Virus record (IMG/VR): IMGVR_UViG_3300042484_000872
Coordinates: 1 to 48,337 of that record
DNA length: 48,337 bases
Source: a virus
Taxonomy: Duplodnaviria > Heunggongvirae > Uroviricota > Caudoviricetes
Reading direction: 5' to 3' (one strand)
Both the position numbers and the translations under genes were made by a program. Within the stretch, counting starts at the first letter, position 1; each line of letters begins with the position of its first letter. The notes beneath the pieces are model-generated. The model worked only from the letters and a program-made list of their open reading frames with translations, was not told the origin of the DNA and did no database searches. Shown here piece after piece: positions 16,273-27,000 of this stretch.

Positions 16273-19200
16273 TTATCTCCTTGATTGAGTTGTAACTTTT
16301 ACCCCTTGTTCTTTAGCTAATTCTGGATATAAATAAGGAAGTATCTCACTTTGAATTTGTGAAGCTACAGGTATCATATTAAAAAAATATTTAGTTGGAT
16401 GAGATTTATCAATTAACTCTTGATCGTCTGTAGCCTCTCCATACATTTCTCTAGCAGTGTAATACAATACATCTGAAGCTTTTGTTAATAAATTCAAAGA
16501 TGGTAATACAGATCCTTTAGTCATACTTTCAAATGATAGAGGATTGTAATAGAATGTGATCTCATCAGAAACTTTATTAACAAGTTTAGCATACCATTTA
16601 TATCTATTTCTTTCTTCTTCTGTAGCATCATCTGGTGGCACAGAAGCTTTTGTCATAAGAATTAAAGACATTACACCAAATAATAGATATAATTCTTTCA
16701 TTTGATTAGCTATTTGTTCTCTTATAAGATCTTGGAATTCTTCTTCTGTTATTTCAAGAGTTTGTCCAGTCTTTTTAAAATAGTCTAATCTTTTAGCTTC
16801 AAGTATTTCATTAAGCATTTGTAGTCCTTCATCACTACCTGTTATGATAGCTCTCATTGATGATATGTTTTTAAATCCTACAGCTTGCCAAGTTTTAAAA
16901 AATGCTCTAGTTCTACCATACTCCCATTGGTTAAGTTCAACGTTCTTATTGATACCTAATGTATGTTCAGAAACTAATTTAGGTATCCAGTTTTTAAACA
17001 TCATGAATGATGTAAAGATAGCATCTCTTCTATATCCAGCTTTATTATCTTCATTCATCTGACCATTAAGCTTTCTACCATATTCAATAATAGATGTACG
17101 AAACTTTGCAAGTTCTATATCACTCACTCCTGGAATTACCATTTCGTCATTTTCAATAGTTGCTATCTTATCTAATGAAGAAGATTCTTTTAATTCTTTA
17201 GCTCTCTCATCAAATGATTTTTCTAAAGCTTTTCTATCACTTTCAGACATTCCTTTTCTAGTAATTCTATCTTGTTGTTTTAAGTATTGTCTTATATTAA
17301 CAATTTTACCATCTACCACTATTGAGTTATCAATAATACTTAATGCATTAGATAGTTGTAACTTTCTTTCAGGAAAAGAGTTAGTTGACATCATTACATC
17401 AGTAAATGACCAAGTAGATAGATATTTAATCAATCCTTGTTCTTTAGCCATTTTTCTTCTTTCTTCTGTAGCTATATCTTCATTTAATGGTACAAAAAGA
17501 TTCAATAGCCCTCTTTGTATTGTATTTAGATTGTTTCCTGTAACAATCTTAAGATTATTCTTTTGAAATTCTGAGAATGAATATAATTGTCCTGAATTAA
17601 CAAAAGATTGAAAATTATATCCCATAAAGTTAGCTATAGATATAAGAGGCTTAAGACCTACAGCAATAGATCTAGTTAATGTATCAGCATTGCTTAAAAG
17701 TTTTTTAGCATTAATTGCTTTAGCTTGCTTATCTTCTTCATCTTTGCCTAGTTTTTCTCCAAGAGCAGTTACACCAATATTTCCTATAGATCCAAGATCT
17801 TGTCCTAGTTTATATAGTCCATCATCAATTATAGTTTCTAATATAGCTGCATTTTTATTATCTTGTTCATTAACACTAAGCTCACCATCTGTAAACTGAA
17901 CTTGTCCATTTTCAAATATAAGACTTCCTTTAGCTTTTTCAACAGCATGTAATGTAAGAAGAGTATTCTCTAAGTTCTTAGAACTTTCATATTCTAATAA
18001 AGATTGAACCCATAATGCTCCAATCTTATTAAGATCAGTAGATAGCTGATTTGCAGTTTTATCTGTCTTAGTAAAATATTTAGGTATGGCTTTTTTAACT
18101 TTACCAGTTTCAGGATCAGTCTTAGACATTCCCTGAGTTTCATTTATTCTAGTTTGGTAGAAATCTGTCCATAAAGATTCTTTTGATTGAGCTAGTATAT
18201 CATCAGTTTGTGCAAACTTTTGAAGAATAGTAGCTTCCATTAATGGAAAGAATGAAGACCCTTGTTTATCAAGGTATCCCATTTGTTTAGCTTTAGTATT
18301 CAAATCAGTAAAGAAATTCCACACATCAAGAGCAGCTTTACTCTTACTCATTTGTTCATATTCTTTAGATAGATGTCCTTCTTCAATTAATGTTTCTTTA
18401 AACAATTGTTTGAATTTATAATCATCATATCCATCAAAGTTCTCACTATGAATATCTAAAGAATCTTTTAACTTAATTATTTTATATGAACGTTGAAATT
18501 GATCTTCTTCTGGATCAGATGCAAATGTAGTTTTATTTAATTCTTCTGTTCCTTTTTCAATAGCAACTTTAGATAATTTATCATATTGATCAACATTCAT
18601 ATTATCTAAGAAGAAAGCTTTATCTTTTTTCTCTCTAGCATCTACCATTTCTTTCCAGAATTCAGGATCAATTTTCTTAATAAGATTTAATCCTGTCTCA
18701 GACATTGTTCCAATTAAATCAAATGCTCTAACTCCTTTAGCCGAAGCTTCTTTCTCTAATGGAATAAGTATTTTCTCATACTGTTTTAGTTTTCTAGCAA
18801 GCTCTATATTAACAAGACTCTTTGCATTCATAATTAAATTAGATGCAAGTTTGATGATCTTAGCAGAAAGTTTTGACCCCTCTAAGAATGTCTTAGACAT
18901 GCCATCAATTTCTTTCTCAGCATTCAATATTGTTGTCTTAGTTTCATCTGTTGTTACTCCTTCTTTAAGACCTAAGTGTACAGCATATTGATTTTGTAAC
19001 TCAGAAATCTCATTTAACATCCTAGATGTCATAGAAGATATATGTTCTAACTCTTTCAATACTTTTTTATTTTCATCAGTCATTCCTTCTCTTGTATATT
19101 GAGAAAGAAATACCTGGTCCATAGTTGTAAACTTTGAAGCACTTACACCATATTCAATTAAATCTCCAAGTCGTTTATCTAATTCTTCTTTACTTATAGC

Positions 19201-21030
19201 ATCATAATCTACTTTAGCAAAGTCATCTAATGCATTTCTTGCATTAGTTAAAAAAGATTTACCTACATTTACAAGAGGTTCAAAATTTAACTTAACATGT
19301 AAGTTACGAATAGCAGCACTTAACTTATTAATTTCCAAGATTTTACCATATCTATCTTCAGAAGAAACAGGTTTTTTATATAATTTTTCCCACTGTTCCC
19401 TTAATGATTTAATAAGAGAATCAACTTTTAGATTACCTGTAGATTCAGAATTAATAGGAACTGGAAGTAAGTATAGATTAGTTTCCTCTAATGAATTAAG
19501 TTTACCTATCTCCATAGATGTAGGAGCAGAGAATCCACTTTCAGGTTGTCCTTCAACAACATAGTTGTAGTTCATTACAATAGGAATCATTCTAGCTTTT
19601 CTTAATTGAGCAGGTTGTAATCCATAGTTATAAAGTATCTTAGTATACTCTCCCATCTGAGCTTTCCAATCCTTCTGTTTAGCCCAATTGATATCTTCAT
19701 CTCTACTTTTATTAATAGAAGTAGTCTTCCAGTCAAGTATATCAACTTTTACATCTGGTGTACCATCTGCTTTCTCAGCAGGTTCAATAGCCATAAAGTC
19801 AATAGCAGATGCAAGTTTACCTTTTACATTTTGATTCACCACCATTGCTTCTAATATGAAACGTGTGCCAGGTTTATAAGAGTTAATTAATTCTGTTGAA
19901 AAATTTTGTAGTCTCTTTTGAACTTTAGGATCAAGTTTAGTTGATACAGCATTAGTTAACGCATCATCTCTTTTATATCCATCTTTATCAATAAGATTAT
20001 TAGTTATAAAGTTATATATGTAATCATGTATTTCTGTACCCCAATCTTTCTTTTGATCATCTAAGAATTTCTGAAGAGGAGTTCTATCAGGCATTGTTGT
20101 ACCTTTTTTAAGTTCAGCTGTAACAGAAGGAATCTGTTCAGCAAGACCATCAAGTGTGTAATGTCTTTTAACTATCTCTTTTCCAGTAGCATCATATACA
20201 GCATCATTTCTTTCTAATCTATTATTAAAATCTGATACAATATCAAAGATTTTATCTACAGCAGTATTTTTAACTTGGTAATATATATCACCACCAACAA
20301 TATCAGAAACAACTCCACCAACATTTGCACTCAGCACTTTACCAGCAGCTTGTTCAAATATATCTATGTTTGTTTTTGCATACACTCCTTTGATAAAATC
20401 AAGAATAGTGTTCCACCAGTTCTGAACCATTGATCTATTATTCTCTTGCATTAGCTCAGGGAACTGTGTAGAGCCCTCAGATTGATTGATAATAAGTTCA
20501 GCTATAAGTTTATCTACAGCTTCTTTTTTTATCTTTCTAATGTCTGGTTTACCATTAGATAATTGATATGCTTTCTTTCCTTTATATGCTTTAAGTGTAT
20601 CGTCATAGATCTTAAATCTATCTATCTTAGAAATCATTGCAGTGACAAGCTTTGGATTAGTCTGCTCAAGAATAGCTGTTGCTACATGGACAATCTCTTC
20701 TGTTAAAGCATAGTTTTCCATTCCTTGGGCAATAGCTATTGCTCCTTTAACAAGATCAGCTAGTCCATTAATTCCTTTAGTGCTTATTTCAGGATTACCT
20801 TTTGTATATTCAGCTAAAGATATAATGTCAATATCCATTTGTTTAGCCGCATTCTTCATTACAGCCACTGTCTCATCAGAAGCTTTAGAAACAGGCATTT
20901 CGGTTTCAGTATATTCTGATTGAGGAACTTCTCCTTCATGTAAATCCCACAAGTAATGAGCCATGTTTTCACCTCTGGAAGCTACTAATGACTTCCACTC
21001 TTCTGAACTAGTATTTATACAACTTATCAT
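16273..21030 (-). CDS. Large virion cargo/ejection protein with a PD-(D/E)xK nuclease domain and a zincin-like motif
   Basis: GTEIH...E...IDFM...ILDWKT...Q...Y; EEIVH; hydrophobic C-terminal helices; follows the RNAP gene. Confidence 0.75.
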   Translation of the reverse strand: MISCINTSSEEWKSLVASRGENMAHYLWDLHEGEVPQSEYTETEMPVSKASDETVAVMKNAAKQMDIDIISLAEYTKGNPEISTKGINGLADLVKGAIAIAQGMENYALTEEIVHVATAILEQTNPKLVTAMISKIDRFKIYDDTLKAYKGKKAYQLSNGKPDIRKIKKEAVDKLIAELIINQSEGSTQFPELMQENNRSMVQNWWNTILDFIKGVYAKTNIDIFEQAAGKVLSANVGGVVSDIVGGDIYYQVKNTAVDKIFDIVSDFNNRLERNDAVYDATGKEIVKRHYTLDGLAEQIPSVTAELKKGTTMPDRTPLQKFLDDQKKDWGTEIHDYIYNFITNNLIDKDGYKRDDALTNAVSTKLDPKVQKRLQNFSTELINSYKPGTRFILEAMVVNQNVKGKLASAIDFMAIEPAEKADGTPDVKVDILDWKTTSINKSRDEDINWAKQKDWKAQMGEYTKILYNYGLQPAQLRKARMIPIVMNYNYVVEGQPESGFSAPTSMEIGKLNSLEETNLYLLPVPINSESTGNLKVDSLIKSLREQWEKLYKKPVSSEDRYGKILEINKLSAAIRNLHVKLNFEPLVNVGKSFLTNARNALDDFAKVDYDAISKEELDKRLGDLIEYGVSASKFTTMDQVFLSQYTREGMTDENKKVLKELEHISSMTSRMLNEISELQNQYAVHLGLKEGVTTDETKTTILNAEKEIDGMSKTFLEGSKLSAKIIKLASNLIMNAKSLVNIELARKLKQYEKILIPLEKEASAKGVRAFDLIGTMSETGLNLIKKIDPEFWKEMVDAREKKDKAFFLDNMNVDQYDKLSKVAIEKGTEELNKTTFASDPEEDQFQRSYKIIKLKDSLDIHSENFDGYDDYKFKQLFKETLIEEGHLSKEYEQMSKSKAALDVWNFFTDLNTKAKQMGYLDKQGSSFFPLMEATILQKFAQTDDILAQSKESLWTDFYQTRINETQGMSKTDPETGKVKKAIPKYFTKTDKTANQLSTDLNKIGALWVQSLLEYESSKNLENTLLTLHAVEKAKGSLIFENGQVQFTDGELSVNEQDNKNAAILETIIDDGLYKLGQDLGSIGNIGVTALGEKLGKDEEDKQAKAINAKKLLSNADTLTRSIAVGLKPLISIANFMGYNFQSFVNSGQLYSFSEFQKNNLKIVTGNNLNTIQRGLLNLFVPLNEDIATEERRKMAKEQGLIKYLSTWSFTDVMMSTNSFPERKLQLSNALSIIDNSIVVDGKIVNIRQYLKQQDRITRKGMSESDRKALEKSFDERAKELKESSSLDKIATIENDEMVIPGVSDIELAKFRTSIIEYGRKLNGQMNEDNKAGYRRDAIFTSFMMFKNWIPKLVSEHTLGINKNVELNQWEYGRTRAFFKTWQAVGFKNISSMRAIITGSDEGLQMLNEILEAKRLDYFKKTGQTLEITEEEFQDLIREQIANQMKELYLLFGVMSLILMTKASVPPDDATEEERNRYKWYAKLVNKVSDEITFYYNPLSFESMTKGSVLPSLNLLTKASDVLYYTAREMYGEATDDQELIDKSHPTKYFFNMIPVASQIQSEILPYLYPELAKEQGVKVTTQSRR

Positions 21031-21031
21031 A

Positions 21032-24000
21032 TTAACAAATTTCTTTTCTTATTTCTTTTAATATCTCACCAACTTCACTTGGTGTATATCCCATTTTAAT
21101 TAGCATGCCTAATTTAATATCATCTATGTTGTAAGCATTACCATCTTTTAATATTCTTTCAATAGTAGATTTTTCTCTAGTCTCAGCTGCAGGAGCTTCT
21201 GCTTCTTCTTGTTGAATTATAGCAACATTTGGTGTTACTCCTGTAAGAGCTAACTCAATTGCACTATCTTCCACTTCATCTGGACTTAATTGTTGTTTTT
21301 CAGCATTTTCTGTATATTGAACTTTTATAAATCCATTATCTAATACAGAAGCTCTTGATACAGTTGATAGAGGATCTAGTGGGAATGTTTTACCATAAAA
21401 CTCTTGAGCTTTAAATGAATCACCCCAAGCATTCACAGCTTTGTATACATAATTGAAATAGAACTTACCTTGGTATTCAGATTCTTGAACTAAAGGAACT
21501 CTTTTTCCATCTTCATTTACCGTGTACACTTTCTTAAACAATCCTTTTTCAACATGAGATGTATCTCCTGTTCTTCTAGCTTTAATTCTTTGAGCTTTAG
21601 TAATCTTTCCTTCTGAACTATATACAACAAAATCATTAGAACCTTCTCTTGAAAACATAGAGAATACAATCATTGGAGGAAGTTCGCCACTAAGCATTTT
21701 CTTTTCTAACTTCTTACTTAAGAATTGTTTCTCTGGATAATACCAACTATTAGGATTCTTTTTACTTTGTTGTAAGCGTCCTTTTTTAAATGTTGTTATA
21801 TTAGCATTATTCCAATTGGATCTTTCCATTATATCTAACTGTCTAAAGTCTGCTAAGTTAGGTATATTTTCTAGATTGGACAATGTTTCATTATAGAATT
21901 CTCTAAAATCTTCATAAGGAAGAAGATTAGTAAAAGCTATTGGAGAGTTTGTAAGACCAGATTGTATTACAGCTAGTCTAACAAGCTTACCATACAAGTC
22001 TTTATTCTCATCACCAAGTTTCTCTTTCAACTCTTCAAATCCATATATGATTAAGTTTTGATCATACACTTTACCATCTCTTCCTTTAATAGAAAGATTA
22101 TCTACTTGAGGAATAATCATATTCATCATCTTTCTACTTTCTTTAGGACTATATCCTAATTTAACTAGTAAAGGAATATTTATGTTTTCTCTTTTGTATG
22201 TATTACCATCTCTCAACTCATACTCATCTAATACAATCTTCTTACCGCTTTCCAACTGGATTGATTTAAGAATTAAGTTATTAAATAAAGGATGGGTTTT
22301 ATCTTTCAACACTTTATCTCTGAATTCAATAATTTCTCTAGCAGCACTTTTTTCTGTTGCTGTTCCTAATAGAATTTTCTTAACAGAATTATTTAATTTT
22401 CTATTATTCTGTACAGCCCAATCAAAAAGATCATTCACTGCTTTCTGAGAGACTTTGATGAAGTCTCTATCATTTAATCCTATGTAAGGACGTAGTACTT
22501 CTTGCATCACCTTTCTGATATTCTTTCTATCAGATATAAGAATTTCAGCAAATGCATCACGCACACCATATATAACATTAGCAAGTGGACCAACAAAAGA
22601 GTTATCAAGAATACTATCTACTGCTGGTACAACTTTATTCTCATTATCTATAGAAGAGTATATTGTATTTCTAGCTTTAGCAAGTTGTTCTTGTTTCTTG
22701 AATACTAAATATGGATCATTGATTGTAGCAGTGTCAAAGTTAGAACCTTGTGTTACTTGGAATAAATGATTAGCCATCATAGCATATTTCAAGAACTCAT
22801 CTAATATGAATTGTTGTTGAGCTAGTTCTGTAGGATTCATATTTTCAGCAGACTTGCCAATCATATCACCTAATTCTTTCTCACTAGGAATAGATGTTAC
22901 TTCTACATCTTCTCCACCTATGTAATCATATTTTACATTGTCAACAAACTTATCAATAAATAACCATGAGTATCCATTGTTTTGAATTGTCTTCAAGTAC
23001 TCACGTATAACTGGTTGGTTCATAAAATATCCAACAGTGTTTATAGGTACACCAAGTTTAACTAATAACATCCATGTAGAAGCTACGTTTGGAGAAGCTC
23101 CCATCTCCATAATCCAAGGACCTTTAGAGATATCCACATATCCATCTATGAACTGTCCTATTGTATCAGATATAAATGTTTTGTTGTCAGCACTTTTAAT
23201 TTTAGATAAAGTGGCACGGTTTCTTCCATTAACCATAATTGAGTTATACTCTTGGAATTTAATTTCAGCATCACCTAACCATTTTTTATCTACTGGATCA
23301 ATTACTGTATCTAACTTATCTGTATCAATAAATATAGGACTACGTTGATTTTGAGCATGGTTAGTTTGATTCACCGCAGCAATACCAATAGCATACTTAC
23401 CTGTAACAAATGCATGTCTAAGACTAGTCATAAATCCTCTACTCAACATATTACCTACCGCACCATAGTCAATCTCAGTCTTACCAAGTTTATTGTTTAT
23501 ATCTTTTGATAATCCTTTAAGATCATCAGCAGAGTTAGGTTTAATTAAGTTATCAAAGTTTAAGTCATTAGATATTAATGCTTGCAATGAAGTGATATAT
23601 TCATTCTCTAATGATTGTCTGTAAAGATCATTAATTACATCTTCTCTCTGTAAAGAATACTCTTCAGGGAACATACTTTCAAACAATCTATCTTCAACTG
23701 ATCCTTGTGGAAGAGCATCTTTCTTAGATTTTAAATATTCATTGAATTCTCCATTATCATATAGCTCACCAAATTTATCAACAGCTTCCTGTCCAGTTCC
23801 CAAATAAGGAACTTGCTTAGGTTTACCATCCTTGCTAGGATAGATGTTTTTCAAATAGATTGATAACTTATCAATATCAAAATCCGATCCTGCTTTCTTA
23901 ACAAGTTCTGAAGGAATAACTACTGAATCTTTATATCCTTGTGGAAGGAACTTACCTATTTCGAATACATCAATAGAGTTTTGTTTCTGTGTAGGAATAC

Positions 24001-27000
24001 GGAATGCTACACCTGTAATAGCTGCAAACTCTTTCTTACCCTCTTCTGTGTTATTGAAATAATCCATAAGAGCTTCATCAGACATATCTGATTTAAACCA
24101 TTTGGCTATCATTATCTGACAAACGTTTATTGATTTACCATTCTCATTTCTAGTATAGAATCTAAGTAGGTCAGAACTATAAACATTTTTACCTTTAACT
24201 ATTTGTTTACCAGGTCTTTTTGATTCTAATAATGTACCAGGAACCTGTACCTTCATACCTCCAGATATCTTAGGAGATACAACATTCTTATCAGCTATAG
24301 AATATAATATGTTTCTAATTTGTTGATACGCAGGAGTAGCTTCAAGAACAGTATCACCTTTCTCAAATCCAGTAAGTGCATCCGTGATATTATAATTAAC
24401 TTCTCTCTTTAAGATTTCATCTCTTAATGTATCAGTTAATTTTTTAACATTAGATATTTCAAACCCTTTAGCTGTTTGTTTTAAGCCAAGCTTTTTAAGA
24501 AGAGATTTATATCCATACTCTATCTTAGCTTGTAACATCTCTTGATTATGTTTGATATCTTTATAAAGCTCAGATTGTTCTACTTTTTGATCTTCAGATA
24601 GTTTTATCCATTTAACAAATCTTGTATTAAAATCTTCTGTAGCAGAATCAAAATCAATTGGTACACCAGCTTCCATGAAATCTAATGTAGCAAGTTTTGT
24701 TATCTGAGATCCTTGTGTTACATAAGCAGCTTCTTTAGAAGGAACTTCTGCTTGTACACCCATTATACTAAATGGTATATTTGAAACTGCTTGTTTCTCA
24801 TATATATTCACTTCATCACCAGCTTCTTCAAATGGTGTCTCATCAAACTCACCTTCATCATTATATAAAGGAGATATCTTTTCTGTACCCACTTTACTTC
24901 CTGATGCATATACAGTGTAGTCAATATTCTCTCTTTGCATCTTGTTATATAACTTGATAGCATTTGATTCAGGATTTATCTTGTATAGAAGTCTGAATGA
25001 TAAAGGAAGTAATGCAAACTTATGCATCACTACATCATTGTAGTTTCTACCATTATCTTTACTTCCAGATACAATAGGTTTTCTAGGAGTGTATGTACTT
25101 GCTACATCAGGACTATTTCTATCAAATTTTTCTATCTCTTTTGCTGTTGCTCCAGATTTAACTAATTCTTCAAAAGCAACATCATGTCTATATTGAGCTT
25201 CATTGGCTGTAGTCCATTCTCCAGAACGTATTCCAAAAATACGATTAGCTTTTAATGAAATATATCCACCACCATCTGTCTCTTCATATGGGTCATATCC
25301 TTTAAGATCACTAGCACTCATAACATCGCCAAGAGTAATAGATCTAAAGAATTCATTATTCATATCAGTGTAACCAACATCACCAGGTTTGTATCCTTTA
25401 TTATAAACAGCATCAAGTGCAGAATTAATATCCTGAGATCCAGCCATAAGAGCTTGTCTAGGAGAGTTAAAGTTTTTGATACGTTTTAACTCATCTGAAT
25501 ACTGATAAGGATCAGAATATAATAATTTATGCATTTCAATGTTAGCAATCATATAGTTAATTGATAACACTTGAAGATTATCTTTTAAACTATCTTCAGT
25601 TAATTCCACTTTATCATCAAATGCTATATCATCAATGTTTAATCCTTCAGCACCGTAGTTAATAATACTATAGTCTCTAAGAAGAGTTTCTGTATCTAAT
25701 GCATCTTTTTTAATAAATGCATTTACAGCAGCATCTATTTCAGAAGCATATCCTTTAAATTTTTCTGAAGGTTTTCCTTCATATAATTCTAAAGCAGTGT
25801 ATTTATTGTTACTTTCTTTTGTGATTTTATCATTAAGTTCTTTACCTAATATAGCTTTGAAGAAACGAAGATCTGTTGATTTGTTTCCTTTACCTTCTAC
25901 AATAAAACGTCCATCTCTAGCTAGTTCCACTTCAGATATGAAATAATTTTTGAATATTTCAATATGAGCATCATCTGCATAACTATCACTATCGATAAAG
26001 TTAAGCATCTTAACAGCCCACTCAATAGAAGCATCTCCAGGTACAAGATTTAAAAAGAATCCATCTAAGTTAAGATTTATCTCTTGTACAATTCTTTCTT
26101 TAGCTGTAAGTTTAGAAGATTCTTTTTTCTTACCATTAGCTTGATTATCTGTACCATCAATGTAGTCAGATTTCATTAAGTCTTCTGTACCAAAAATACG
26201 TTTACCTGTTCCTTTAGTAGGATGTAGGTTAAACATATTTTGCAACATTACACTTCCTTTAGCAAATGCATCTGTACGTAAGTATTTATATTGACTGTAT
26301 GCGGGATTAGTTGATAACTCATCAATATTATTTAATTTAGAAAGAACATTATGTAGATTACTCAATGTATTTACACCAATATAAGTTTGTGTACGTTCTC
26401 CATTCATGTTAAAATATGTGCTCTCAAATCCTTTATTTTCAATAAGAGCTTTTGTAAGTCCTAGTTGGAATAAACGTCTTTCAATTCCTAATGCTCTAGG
26501 TGTTAATGATGCAATACCTCTAGCAATTTTTCCTTCAGCTTCATCAGCATCTATTTCTGCCTGTGTCTTAGCCTTACCTTTTTCATTTAATCTAATGAAT
26601 TCATTTTGAATACCTTCAACAGCATCTCTAAAGTTCTCTAATTGATTGTCATTTAATTTTTTCAATGCTTTAACATCAAATGTAATACCCAACTCTTTAA
26701 GTAGAGCAGTGTAGCTTTCCATTTTTGATCCATTTAATATCATTGATCTAATCTTATCTGTAGCAAAATATCTTCCTGTTTTAGGATCATAAGAAAAATA
26801 TATTGAATTAGATTTGATTTTATCAATCATTTCATTGGTCATATCACGTTTGGCTTGTTTAGCAGAACTAGTTAATGTTGAATCACTAATAACCACTTCT
26901 CCACCAGGTAGAATAAATACAGATATTGCATCTGCATTTTGACTCTTCATAGATTTCCAGAATGCAGAAATTAATTGTATTCCATTTTGATCTAATGCTT

